DNA of 63,891 nt, filler included, from Reticulomyxa filosa (Eukaryota; Protista; Foraminifera): the NCBI GenBank assembly GCA_000512085.1. It is 24 parts of 24 records of this genome, joined end to end, with 100 filler letters (N's around TTAATTAATTAA, not from the genome) between each part and the next. Parts side by side here need not be neighbours in the genome. Positions count along the whole stretch, not along the records: positions 50,227 to 51,902 come from ASPP01002935.1; positions 52,003 to 53,002 come from ASPP01047188.1; positions 53,103 to 54,740 come from ASPP01029191.1; positions 54,841 to 57,338 come from ASPP01002425.1; positions 57,439 to 59,365 come from ASPP01046335.1; positions 59,466 to 60,497 come from ASPP01041081.1; positions 60,598 to 62,487 come from ASPP01009205.1; 17 more parts are not named here. The stretch is one strand, 5' to 3'. A program made the translations under genes and the position numbers. Of this stretch, positions 50,227 through 62,460 are shown piece after piece. The notes under the pieces are model-generated. The model was not told where the DNA came from, searched no databases, and worked only from the letters and a program-made list of their open reading frames with translations. Numbering within the stretch: position 1 is the first letter of the stretch; every line of letters begins with the position of its first letter.

Positions 50227-51902
50227 TAATACATATTTTGCAATGCTGTCACCATTAAAATATTGTCTCCAAATATCCTGTGTTTTTGCAATAGGTGTTT
50301 TTATATTGTCTATTTTCAGTTCTAATTTTTCATTGACATGTTTAATCTCCATTTCCATTGTTGGATCCAATTTACTCCAGATATTATCGTATTCATATTC
50401 TTTATAATCATTTTCTGTTGCAACTTGGCTTCCTTGAAAAAACATTTCAAAAGCTAAATCTTGACAATATTGTTGAAATGCCAATTTTATTTTTTTAAAA
50501 TTGGTTTGAACTCTTAATTCTGATAATTTATTTGAAATATTTTTAACATGAATATCAATCCATTGTTCATTAAATGCTTCATATACTTGTGCTTTTAATA
50601 TTTTAGTTCCAATAAAATCTTGTTTCATTAATGATGGTAATACAGTTAATATCATTCGAAGTAAAAATGGCTCTTCCATCATTTTATTCAAATTTGGAAA
50701 ATTTTTAAATGTTGTTTCATATTGTTGTATTTCCAATCCAAATCATTCATTTTAATTTTTTTTCATTTATTTTTACAAATTTATCAATATATCCGTTTAT
50801 TTGTTCTTTTGAAAAAGGCCATAAATATATCATTGGCGTTACAAGATTTTTCGGACCAATTAAAACTTGATTAACATCTTCATCACTTAATACAAGACTT
50901 CGACAACTAACAATTATTTTTGCGTTCCATTCATTTAAATTGAAACGATCATAAAAATATCTTTCATTATTGTTATTATTTTTATCGTATTTATCAAATA
51001 TTTCATCAAATCCATCCAAAATAAATACAAATGACATATTTTCACGAACAACATCCATTAGATCTTTGTCTATCTGTTTCATTTGTAAAGCTTGAGAAAT
51101 GATTTGGTTTTTTCATTTTAATTCATTATAACATTTTGGTAATGAGATATAAACAGGAACCGATGTTGTCTGATCACTTATATATGATTCCCACAATGTC
51201 TCTTCTAAATGACGACAGAATAAACTTTTTCCTGATCCTGATTTTCCTTGTAATATTATTGCTTTTTGTTGGTTTTGTTGTTCATCTTTTTTTTCTTCTT
51301 TTTCTTTCTTTTTTTTCTAATAAATCAATAATATGTTGATGACAATCATATGCATTACTATTTTTATCATCGTCATTATCAATGTATGGATAATTGTTTG
51401 CCTGTAATGGAATGTACATTTCGAGGGCTTGTAGCATTGTTGTATCTTCTTCTAATTCTTGTCTCCTTGATTCTTTTAATAATGATATAACATCAGCGCA
51501 ACTTGCTGGGTTCATTTCACCAATAATGTATCTCTTGAAATATTCAAATAAAATAACATAAATAGCTTTTCCTTTCATTTCCTTTGGATTGAATTTGCAA
51601 AGTTGATCATAAACAAATTTAGTCAATTTTAATGGGATATCATTCTTTGCATTTATTTCTTCTTCATTTATTCCTTTTAATTGTGGAGGTTTCAATATTC
51701 GAATTTCGGAATGTGATTTATAACGATTTGCAATTTTTTTGATTTCTTTTGCATCAATCCATTCACAAATTATATCATTGACTTTCATTAATGTCTCATC
51801 ACTTGCTTGTTTTAATTCATCTCCTTTTGACGAATTGTTAGGTTTCCATGATCGAAGCTGTTCATAAAACAAATGACTTAATTTTGGATTTTCAATGACA
51901 GT
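50227..51902 (-). pseudogene. NACHT-family STAND NTPase (NLR-like), intronless, frameshifted, both ends cut
   Basis: Walker A IILQGKSGSGKS at 51224-51247; VPVYISL; Walker B FVFILDGFDEI; KIIVSCRS; LWPFSKEQI; EPFLLRMI. Three frameshifts, all in A-runs, so this could be an intact gene with sequencing errors. Confidence 0.8.
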
Positions 51903-53879
51903 NNNNNNNNNNNNNNNNNNNNNNNNNNNNNNNNNNNNNNNNNNNNTTAATTAATTAANNNNNNNNNNNNNNNNNNNNNNNNNNNNNNNNNNNNNNNNNN
52001 NNAAAAAAAAAACACAAACATCATCAACAACTTGTTCCGTTTTGACCATAAGCTTGAACTCTGGATTCAGAAACGAAATCGTCAAAACAGTTGATCTGCT
52101 TTTTAATTTGATCTAAATCAAATTATCATCATTTTTTTTTCCAAGATATGCTTTCTTTACTAAAGTCTCCTATCTGCCACAGAGAAAGTTACAAAGTCTT
52201 CAACTCTTAGGCTATGATGAATGCTGTAATATTACGTACAGTAGATGAAAATTGGCAAATAACAATTCCAACTGCAAGAAAAGTACAATACGAAATACGA
52301 TGGAACAACAACACATGCGAGTGAACAGTAAATATAAAATATCTTCAATGTGAACACGGAAACAAATGCAAAGAGAGCATTATTATATAACTTATGGAAT
52401 ATTACCAAAAAAAAAGGCATACAATATTGCTCAATGATTTAAGTTCAGATTTTATAATTGACGATTGAGCTTTGATTGTGTAATAAAATATACATGCAGT
52501 TTGCAATACAATTATGCGTATGATTTGTAAATAGTAGTTTTGATATAATGATAACGTATACGCACACTTTCGCAACTGCAGCTTATGTGTATTTCATTCG
52601 TTTTGGAGAAATAAATGCTCCAATAATAATAATAATAATAAAAAAGGTGGAATTTATTTCGTAATTGGACAAATGAAATGTGATGATTTAATACGAGCAT
52701 GAGAATCTCGGAGAAAGGAAAAGATTACATGTGGTGAAGGATTTGCATTTGGCAAAAAAAATGGAGTGTCAAGTTGTATTTACAGTATTCAATGTTCACA
52801 AAAACCATATTAATCTGCCAGATTTCCTTGTGTTTTTGCAAGTTTGAAATTGAATTTTGTTTTTTCAACTAATCAACATTAACTTTAGCCATTTTTGGAG
52901 ATGGATCGTGCATAATTTCATAATCAATTTTTGTCCAAGAAAAAAATTATGACTGGCACCTAAGTTGCTTTTCTCACCGTTATAATTTAGAATTGTACAA
53001 TANNNNNNNNNNNNNNNNNNNNNNNNNNNNNNNNNNNNNNNNNNNNTTAATTAATTAANNNNNNNNNNNNNNNNNNNNNNNNNNNNNNNNNNNNNNNNNN
53101 NNTTTAAAAAAAAAAAAAAGTTTTTTTTTTTTTTTTTTTTTTTTTTGGTTGTATCTTCGTACCGGTCCGTAATTGAGTGTATTCGCACTATCTACCAGTA
53201 TGTCTTTTTTCTATTTTTTAAATACTTTTCAAATTAAAAGAAGGTTGTTGTTTTTTTTGAATAGACTCAGCACTTTGCAAAAAAAAAATGATTATTTTTG
53301 TGTTTGGATGCAATGCATCATTCAGCAAAAGAAAAAAAAAATGTATTAGATATGGGGTAAGGCCCCCCGTCTCCTCAAGGAGCTACAAAGGTTTGATATT
53401 TATTTATATATATTTTTTTTTTAACATAATCAATTTTGTCTGTTTTTGCAACTACAGCCGCAACCCGTCGGTCCAAAAATAAAAAAAAATGTTTACGTAT
53501 CCATCCCCACTCCCTACACACAAAAACTTTGGGGTTGAAGCCTCCCCGCATCAAAAACAAAACTAAATGGTTTGTATTTTTTATTTTTTTTTATTTTTAA
53601 ATTTTTTTATTTTATCAAATGATGTATGTTTGCAATAGGCATGCCTCCACCAAAAAAATATTATATTTGCCCCCTCCCCGTCGCAAAAGAAAAAAAAAAT
53701 AGATGTTGGAATTGGAGCTTCAGCTCCACCGCAAAAGTATGTTTGCGTATATTTTTAAAATGAAAAAATTATTTAAATTATGATTATGTTTTTATAGGTC
53801 CAATGGTCAAAGAAGATTGGAAAAGTTTTTTTATTTTTTATTTTTTATTTTTTTTACTTGTATTTGAGTGAGAGGGTAG

Positions 53880-54740
53880 GGAAAAAAATAAGGGAAATTG
53901 GGAAAATAATTGGAAAAAAAATTAATTGAAAAGGGGGAAATGGAGAAAAAGGGGAAATTTAGAAAAAGGGAGAAAAAGGGAAAATTGAGAAAAAAGGGAG
54001 AAAAAGGGGGTTGGAAAATTTTTTTTGAGAAAGAAAATAAAAAAATGAATAATAAAAATAAAAAGAAATGGAAAAAAATTAAAAAAAAAATGACAACGAG
54101 AAAAAAGGTAAAAAAAAAGAAGAAAAAGAGCAAAAATAAAAAAAAGATAAAAAAGAACAAAAATAAAAAGAGAAAAAAAAATGTAAGAAATTTGCAAAAG
54201 AAGGGACATCGCTCCCCGAACTTGGAAAGAGTGCGTCGGCCACACGCACTAGTAATTGATAAAATAGAAGTGGCCAAACATCGTGAATGCAGCGAAACTT
54301 TCAAGATCGCTGGCAACGGAGGAGAAAGAGTTGGAGCTGAAAGAGTGGAGGAGAAAGAGCGGAGGAGAAATAGTGGAGGAGAAATAGTGGAGGAGAAAGA
54401 GTGGAGAACATTTCAAAGTTTGGTATTTTTAAAAAAAAATGGTTTGAATTACTTTGTTTAGTTTTGGAATGTCTACTGACAGGTACCGATCGTTGTGGAA
54501 CTTTTATTAGCGCAGAGATTGCGCAGAAACTGTTTGTGTGCGTACGCACATTCGCAGCTTGGATTTTGCACCATGAGTTCGCTGGTGACTTTGAGAATTG
54601 TTGATTTATGAAGAAAGAGATATAGCTGGTGTGCATTGCGTTTGTCGAGCAAGTGCCTATTAGCAATGCTGAACTTCTTTCAAGATCGATTACGGAATAC
54701 GGACGACGTGTTGTTGGTACTCAAGAAAGCAAAAAAAAAA
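53880..54740 (+). pseudogene. Decayed copy of a multi-copy unidentified family with an A/G-rich leader
   Basis: 54487-54567 aligns by eye with 57889-57986. The leader resembles the reverse complement of 17020-17297. Confidence 0.45.
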
Positions 54741-54840
54741 NNNNNNNNNNNNNNNNNNNNNNNNNNNNNNNNNNNNNNNNNNNNTTAATTAATTAANNNN
54801 NNNNNNNNNNNNNNNNNNNNNNNNNNNNNNNNNNNNNNNN

Positions 54841-55027
54841 GAAATAAATAAAAGTTAACTAATACACATAATTTTTTTGTTATTATGTGCCCGTTTGAAC
54901 TTTTTATATTACTACCAATATTGACTTTTTTCCAATGTCAATGTTGTTACTGAATACTCGGAAATAAATAAAAGTTTAGTACATACACATCATTTTTTTG
55001 GTATTATGTGTCTGTTCGAACTTTTTA
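54841..55027 (+). repeat. Imperfect direct repeat, about 65-bp unit, about 121-bp spacing
   Basis: GAAATAAATAAAAGTT...ATACACAT..TTTTTTTG.TATTATGTG.C.GTT.GAACTTTTTA occurs at 54841 and 54962. Confidence 0.75.
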
Positions 55028-57438
55028 CAATTTTTTTAAAATAATAAAAATATATTCATTTTGTTTGTTGTTACAGGTAACATATGTGAATTGAATTTCC
55101 CAAATTTTTTTTTCCAACGGTGTTGTGGGTGGTGCAGCATTGATTGTGCTATAAAAAAAATCTTACATTCAATTTCTTCTTCAACTCCATTTTGTAGTGA
55201 TTCTGCACCTACCTCTCCATAATCTTTTTCCAAAGCGGCCAAATCTTCTCATCTGGCAATCTTGCATTGCGAGAAAAGATCAGACAAAATGATGTTATTT
55301 TTACAACTATTTTTTTTTTTTTTATTTTGAGATTTGATATGCTCAAAATAGCACAAATCACCACCAAAAAATATCACATTTCAACGTCTTTAGTAGGGAA
55401 TGCGGCTCAACATGCAGCAAGTGAAAAAGAGTGTCTGATTGTTTACAATATGTTCCAAGTCAACTTCAAATAAGTTTTTGTATTCCGTCAAACAATCAGT
55501 CTCTGGACAACGCCGGTTTTTATTGGATTTTTGTTTATTCAAAGTGTTTAGACATTGAAATGCTGCTTTCACGAAATTTTTAAATAAAATATAAATTTGT
55601 TGATGATTTTTTTAAATTTATTTCATTCATATAGATGGCAACAATAAATTACTTGTTCTCTCAACTATAAAAGTACGATTCAAATTTTCTACTTCACTTT
55701 TTGAATTGAACTAATAAAAGTCTTCGAATTTTGAGACTGTGATAAAGACAATATGATATTCTTAATTTGCTAATAAATTTCTGGTATTTTCAATTGTTGA
55801 TCTTTTTATTCAGTTCTTGTCAATTTGGAAGAAAAAAAGATATTGTTCCATTGACTAATTTATTTTCAAATTCCTCTGAAAAAAGAAATGTATTTTGTTT
55901 GGGCACACCTTTGCATTTGCTCGAAAGAAAAAAAATAATTTGTCAATGAAAAGAAACTGATTTTTGCTTCAAAGGAAGCAAAGCAACACACTAGGGCACA
56001 CTCAATATGAAGGCAATCAAACCCTTGCAAATGATGAACAATGTAACAACTGAAGTGATAGTAAGCGATGTAGTCTATTAAATGAATAAATTTCGATAAC
56101 TAATATTCAATTCTCAAGTAGTATACAGTACAAAAGTAACGTCAAACAAATTTACTATTTGACACGAGTTACTCCATTATACAGCAAACTTTCTTATCTT
56201 CGAGTGTTTACTTGATGTTGATAGCAGATAGCATGTTCTCTCGTTTTTTTAACTCAAAAAGGATATTACTTACATTGAAGGGACAACATTTGAAAGTTTT
56301 AAGGAAAAAAAAGATAGAATGTTTTGGGTTTGTTGAAGAAGACAACAGAAAAGATAGAACAGCTTGTCTTGTTAAACGGCAGACTGATAATTAAAAAATT
56401 GAACATTATTTCAAAATTTTTTAGTAATAATGAAGCTTGTACAACGTTTTTTGTATTAAATCAAAAAAAGTTGAACTGAGCGCGTTCTCCCCTTTTTCCG
56501 AAACAGTTCGTTGTTGTTCGTGTCAGACGTTGGTGGTAAGAAGATTAATATTGCTATCTTCGTCGCATTCATTCGAAAAAAGTTAAACAAGCACTTTTTT
56601 TTTGTTTTTTAGAGACTTGAAAGTTTGGAGTTACAAATAAAAATAGGTGTCGACGATTAGCTTGTGGAAAGTCGTAGCCAGTGGAGTCGTGGAGTCGTGT
56701 AATCGTGTAATCGTGATTGTGATAGAATACGTGATAACGATTGGTATTGAGAGTATGAGTTCCAGGTTATTTAGTTGCAGATTGGTATTCATGGTGGCGT
56801 ATGGGTGGTGGGTTCCAGTAAGAAAGGAGCCAGGTCAGCCGCTAGTGCATATAATGCACTTTATTACAATAGCGATGTATCATCGCAATAATGCGTGCAA
56901 CGGGGGCGCGTCGGTGAATTGCAGCAAACAGTGGCCACATGACAGATGTTTGCACGGAAAGCATCACCGACAATTGGAATTTGCAGGACTGGTATGGCAG
57001 TGTGTCCATCTAAGGATGGACATTACAATAATGTCTCCCCTCCCCCCCTTTGGTGTTACCGGCCTGGTATGGTCGTGTCAACAAAGGGCGAAGCGAGAGA
57101 CAAAGTCATAATATCAAAGGCGCCCATTTGTTCGGCTGACGGACGGTCGTTTTACGAAATCATTCCGTATTTCAAGTTATTTCTTTGCAGTCAATGTCTA
57201 TCTCTTGCATTTTATATACGTAAATTACTTGTGTGTTTTGTAAATAGACTGGTGTAATTATCGATCGATCGTAGAATTTTGACTGATGTGGAATTAATTG
57301 TCCCAAATTGCTCCAGCTATCTTTTTATTATTATTATTNNNNNNNNNNNNNNNNNNNNNNNNNNNNNNNNNNNNNNNNNNNNTTAATTAATTAANNNNNN
57401 NNNNNNNNNNNNNNNNNNNNNNNNNNNNNNNNNNNNNN

Positions 57439-59365
57439 CAGCAGTCGAGCCCCCCCCCCTCTCTCATCTCAAAGAAGTCGACGCTGTGGATACAAACGAA
57501 TTTTTCGGTTACCAAAAACCGAATCACTTGAAATCGAAAAGTGGAATGGTCTGCCATTGACAGGACCGCCACTCAAAATAATGGTAGCTCAACCGAAGGA
57601 GTGAATGGCGATGAAAAAAAAGAACACAGGCGCTGTTAAAAATAATTCACATTGAGATCGAGCAAACGACTACATCAGAAAAATCGTTCAATGTTAGAGT
57701 GGCTCAATTCGATATAGGAGTTGCGCGGAACTCGCGTCAAAACAAGCAGCGGCAACCTGAAGCATTGGCAAGAACGTTTATCATCGACATATGCGCACAA
57801 AAGTCTATGCGGATTACTGTTGGCACGGAACAACACCAAAGAAGGCATTGAACTGCAACCCACCGGCGCCAACGAACAAAAAAACACTCGATCGTTATGG
57901 GATGACGCTAATTTTGTGAACGCAGAGATTGAGCACTCGTATCGGAACTAGTTGTGTGCGTGTGCACATTCGCAACTTTGGATTTTAATCCGTAAGTATG
58001 ATGATGGGAGGAATCGTGAAGAAGAACAACAGCGAATACGTCCAATAATGAAAAATGGTACCCTTCCTCATCGGATTGCTAATCCAAAAATTGTAGAATG
58101 GACTCATGGTATGATGTATGCGAAAATTTCCAATAACGAGTATTATCCAAGGCTAAAGTGTGTCCCTCATCACAATGGTGACGAAAAAGTAAGAATTTGA
58201 TATTTACAAAACATCAATTATATGGTGACATTGGACCCGTTCAAAAAAAATTTTTCCAGTTCAATCGTGGGCGATTTGGATCTTGGTACTGTCCGACAAA
58301 GAAAGCAAACTTGTAAGAAGAAAGAAAAGATTTGATAATATCGTGCAAAATAGAAACGATAGTGTGATATTGTGGTATCGCAACGACAGCAGCGACTGGT
58401 TTGGCCGAAGAAATCAAAAACAATGAAGAAGGCGACGTTGTATGAAATAAATGATCATACCATGGCGATCGAGTGAGCAAATCTCATATTGAACTATTCT
58501 TCTCGATATCATAACTCAGTTTGATGGATGAATTTTGCGAAAAAGAACATTCCGAGGATACTTCGTTGGATTTGTTTTAAAAAGAAAAAAAGACCGCCCG
58601 TCGACTCTATTTTCATTATGAAATGGCTATTCACACTCGCGGGTGGCGACTTTGCGCACTCTAAGACATGGATTAATTTTACATAGTGCGCAATCAATGG
58701 AAGCCTCTTGACGGGTGTGACAATGCCAAGCGCTGTGTCAATGATACTTATGATGACGACGACAACAACACGCAGTCCGTGTTCTATTCAACTCATTTAT
58801 CAATTGTTTTACACATTGGACTAATGTTGTGTGTGCGTCAATATTTGAGTGGTGCTGATGTATTCCACAATTCGATTTGGTGTGCGCGGAAAAACTAATG
58901 TTGTTGCGCATTTGTTACAAAAATCAACAACGTCGTACCAGTCGATAATTGGATCAACGATTCAAAGACCACTCCATTATTTGGCGCATCAAGAAAACAG
59001 CTTGGATATTAGCAATGTGTTGGTGGCACTGGGCCCTGCTGAGTGAATACGTAGAAATATTTTATGCCAGCAGTTGAACCCCCCCTCCCCTCCTAAAGAG
59101 GTCGTCGCTGTTGTTACCGATTATTCGGTTACCAAAAATCGAATCACTCGTGTTCGAAAAGTGGAATGGTCTGATATTGACAAGACCGCTACTCAAAAAA
59201 ATAGTAGCTCTAGGGGGAAGAGCCTTTCAATGATACCAATTTCCTTCAAGTCCGTCAGTCGTCCAAAATAACGGAATACTTGATGGGAATTGTGTCATTG
59301 AAATCGAAGTGTATTCACAAGAACTCAAGGAGTTGCGGTTATTTGGCTGATCGTTTGTGCGCCTG
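57439..59365 (+). pseudogene. Decayed multi-copy gene family member containing a ~150-bp direct repeat ~1.62 kb apart
   Basis: 57439-57590 resembles 59068-59210. The intervening DNA is coding-like (CACAHSQLWILIRKYDDG...PHRIANPKIVEW) with many stops. Confidence 0.55.
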
Positions 59366-59469
59366 NNNNNNNNNNNNNNNNNNNNNNNNNNNNNNNNNNN
59401 NNNNNNNNNTTAATTAATTAANNNNNNNNNNNNNNNNNNNNNNNNNNNNNNNNNNNNNNNNNNNNATTC

Positions 59470-60236
59470 AATATTGTGTCCTGTGATCCAAAAAACAAGA
59501 AATGCAATTTGCGGTGAACAAGTGAAAACAAATTTAAGCAAAAATCCAATTGCACAAAAATTAAGTAAATGAACAAGTGAATAACAATAGAGGCAGATAT
59601 TCTTACACACAAAACAAAGGTCAATCGGAAGAAATCAAACAATTGAAGGACCAAATTGCATTATTACAAGTAGCAGTGCAGTAATTATCATGGAATTTAA
59701 GAAGTGGATCGAAATTGGATGAATGGAAAAAGAACTTGCAATTGTGGAATCGAGATGATTACAGGTAAAGTGTGATTAAATGGATTCCTGTTCAAGTCAA
59801 AAGAGCTTATTCATCAGATTGTAAATGGTGTAAAAATGAAGAAGAAACTGTGGAACATTTCCTGATGGAATGCCAGCAATTAAGAATTTGTTGCCGCGTT
59901 TTCAATTCAACACATCGAACCTGAGAAGTTTGATTGGGAACCCGAAACAAGAACAAAAATTGTCAAGAACTTGTGAAGTTCGTGGCAACTGAAAGAATTA
60001 TTTAAGATATTTTTATCAAATTTTTTTTTTTAAATTATTGCAAAAAACGCCTGATTTGTTGTTTGGTTTTATACTTGTATTTTTCTTTTGTTTTATTTAG
60101 TGCCATGTCCTATTTTGGACCAGGTACTTTTTCAACTTGCTTTTGTTTGCACTTTGGGGCTAAAAATAGTGATGAGTTGAAGCAAGGAGTAGTCTGACAC
60201 CTTCACGCCCCCCAGTGCAAAAGCTTTAAAAAAAAT
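59470..60236 (+). mobile_element. Non-LTR retrotransposon (LINE) remnant
   Basis: MITGKV*LNGFLFK..AYSSDCKWCKNEEETVEHFLMEC at about 59750-59875 is the CxxC..ETxxHxLxxC zinc motif found at the end of LINE ORF2. An upstream CDPKNKKCxLxGE fragment is knuckle-like. A short A-run lies at about 60228. Confidence 0.62.
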
Positions 60237-60597
60237 CCCTTCATGCAGCGAATTAATGCTGATGCTTTTCTAATTGCAATTTCCTTCGCAATTTTTTTTT
60301 TTTTTTTTTTTAGATGATAGCTTCAAAGCCAAAGGTAAAAGTTCCCTTTCCAAGTTAAAACGAAGCACCTCGTCAAAAAATTTAACACAGTACTTCGTAA
60401 AAAAACAAAACAAGGAAAGTCTCACACTTTCAAACGTTACAATTTTGTAGTAAAGTGATAAAACAAAATAAAAAATGAATTTTATTAGAAATTTGAANNN
60501 NNNNNNNNNNNNNNNNNNNNNNNNNNNNNNNNNNNNNNNNNTTAATTAATTAANNNNNNNNNNNNNNNNNNNNNNNNNNNNNNNNNNNNNNNNNNNN

Positions 60598-61500
60598 ACA
60601 TGTCAAAGTCAGGTATTTTGAAACATTAGTCCAAAACATGGACAATTGCTTGCCATCAACGGAGGATCTTTTAGCCTGGACTTTCCATAGTTTCCCAACG
60701 AACAGCACGGCAGTTGTAACGGAAATGATAAAGTCCCAGCTGCACAGATAAGCGTATGCCCAGGGAGGAGCGGCCGTCGCGCAAAAGTGCGCTCCAAAAG
60801 CCGCCACAAACACGCCGTTCCAAAACATAAAGATTATCACTTGCTCGGTTATAAACGACAGCATAATTAGTCCGTACAATACTGCAAATCCACTCAATGG
60901 AATGCGGTATTCGTTGCTGTAGCGAAATGCAACGTCCAATCGGCTTACGAAGAAGAAATATGTACCTATATACATTATACGGTTGTCAACACACATACCA
61001 TGCATATTCGCACCGGCCAAAACGTATCCAATATGTATGTATGTGTTTTTTTTTTTGGAGAAAGAGTTGGCAAAGAGAGGAGCGCGGGAAAGGAGAAAAA
61101 TTTATAAACAAACTCCAAAAAAAATTCTTTTTTTTTTTTTTTTTTTTTTGCGAGGTAAAGGGAAGGAAAGAAAACCAAATAACGCACATAATCGGCCTGC
61201 GGACCAGAGAGAGGCAAGTAGGCCCGATTGAAACGCACACGTGCCGAGCGCTGAAATCCCAAAGGACACTGGAAAGCGGGCCAAATTGTACAACCCATTC
61301 ATAAAAAGTCCTGCTAGGGCAGAATAGTTCATTAAACGCACGTGCAACTCTTTGCCGTGCACTGACACTACTCCGCCCCTTTTCTTTCTTTTTTCAGAAA
61401 ATTGGTGTATTAGACAACCAAAGAGGGTAAAACAATTTATGGCAGCTACCAATACACACACTCTATCCATCCAAATTGTTCCATATGTTATAAAAGGCAT
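60598..61500 (-). CDS. Multi-pass (7TM/GPCR-like) membrane protein, 3'-partial
   Basis: At least five hydrophobic helices. Cys precedes TM3 and lies in the ECL2 position. FFVSRLDVAFRYS follows TM3 and DFIISVTTAVLFVGKL forms TM5. One intron at about 60965-61185. Confidence 0.55.
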
Positions 61501-61881
61501 GACGTTTTATTTCTGCAGTTATTTACTTTTTAGAGCAGAAAGCCCTTGCAGTTGGAAAGAAAAACTTGTTAAAGAGTGAAAATGAGATGTCGATATTTTA
61601 AATTGGAAACAAAGAACATCCGTCTAAAGTTGTAAAAACTGTTTTGTTCAGTCCAATACTGTCGCTCTTAGATCTTTTTTTTCGTCGAGATAACTAGTTA
61701 TGTTTATATTGCATACCGCCGTAATGAAAACAATACGCAGATAGAAGGTGAGACATTTACTTTTTTTTTTAAAGATGAAGAATAAAATGTAGTTCAAATT
61801 ATTAATGCAATAATAAGTTACGCTGTTTAGTCGAACAGAAAGAAGGCATGGCATTGTGTAATTATTTGCAACGAAACACTA

Positions 61882-62460
61882 TTATACAACTTTCGGTTTT
61901 TGTTTCTTTTTTTGTGCGAGTTTGTTTTTGAGTTGAAGAAGTCTGCGTTGTTTAATGAGTTGATATCTTTGTTTGATTTGATTCGTTTGTATATTTTGTG
62001 CCCTTTGTTTAATGAGATCAGCAAAAGACAAGTGCTTGATATTGACCTTTCTTTCGGTAATATCAGAAGAATGGTGATTGCCATTGTCCTTTGCAGGATC
62101 AACATATCGAATATTGTCCCTTTGGTGTTCCTTTGCGTGAGTTTTTTTCCGGCTTCTTTTATTTTCATTGTCAAACAAATGCAATTGCGGTGGAGCACTG
62201 GTTTGCTCACCAAAGGCAATGGTTTCCCTTTCTGGTTTCCAAATTTCCTCATCCTGTGCCTGTTTCTTTGATTTTTTTTTATGTTGATTGTATCTCGACA
62301 TATTCCATAGCCGTTCATTTTCGGCCTCTTCTTTGTCCATGGGTTGCTTTTCGCCAATCTTTTGAAAGGTGTTTGCATTTATTGATCGTATTCGATCCCT
62401 TTCTGCTTTTTGTTGCAACTTTAATCGACGTAATCTTTTCTTTAATTGTTTTCTATTCAC
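61882..62460 (-). CDS. CCDC137-like basic coiled-coil protein (5'-partial)
   Basis: K/R-rich. ETIAFGEQTSAPPQL resembles the CCDC137 motif FGEVxxxPPxL. C-terminal IKQRYQLIKQRR. Confidence 0.45.
   Translation of the reverse strand: MNRKQLKKRLRRLKLQQKAERDRIRSINANTFQKIGEKQPMDKEEAENERLWNMSRYNQHKKKSKKQAQDEEIWKPERETIAFGEQTSAPPQLHLFDNENKRSRKKTHAKEHQRDNIRYVDPAKDNGNHHSSDITERKVNIKHLSFADLIKQRAQNIQTNQIKQRYQLIKQRRLLQLKNKLAQKKKQKPKVV

Noticed and set aside
53831-54461. 183-aa Lys-rich ORF and antisense Phe-rich ORFs
   Set aside because: By-products of A/G low-complexity sequence with no domain signal.
56640-57260. GC-richer overlapping ORFs of 154 and 103 aa
   Set aside because: No recognisable motif in any frame; probably a decayed repeat.
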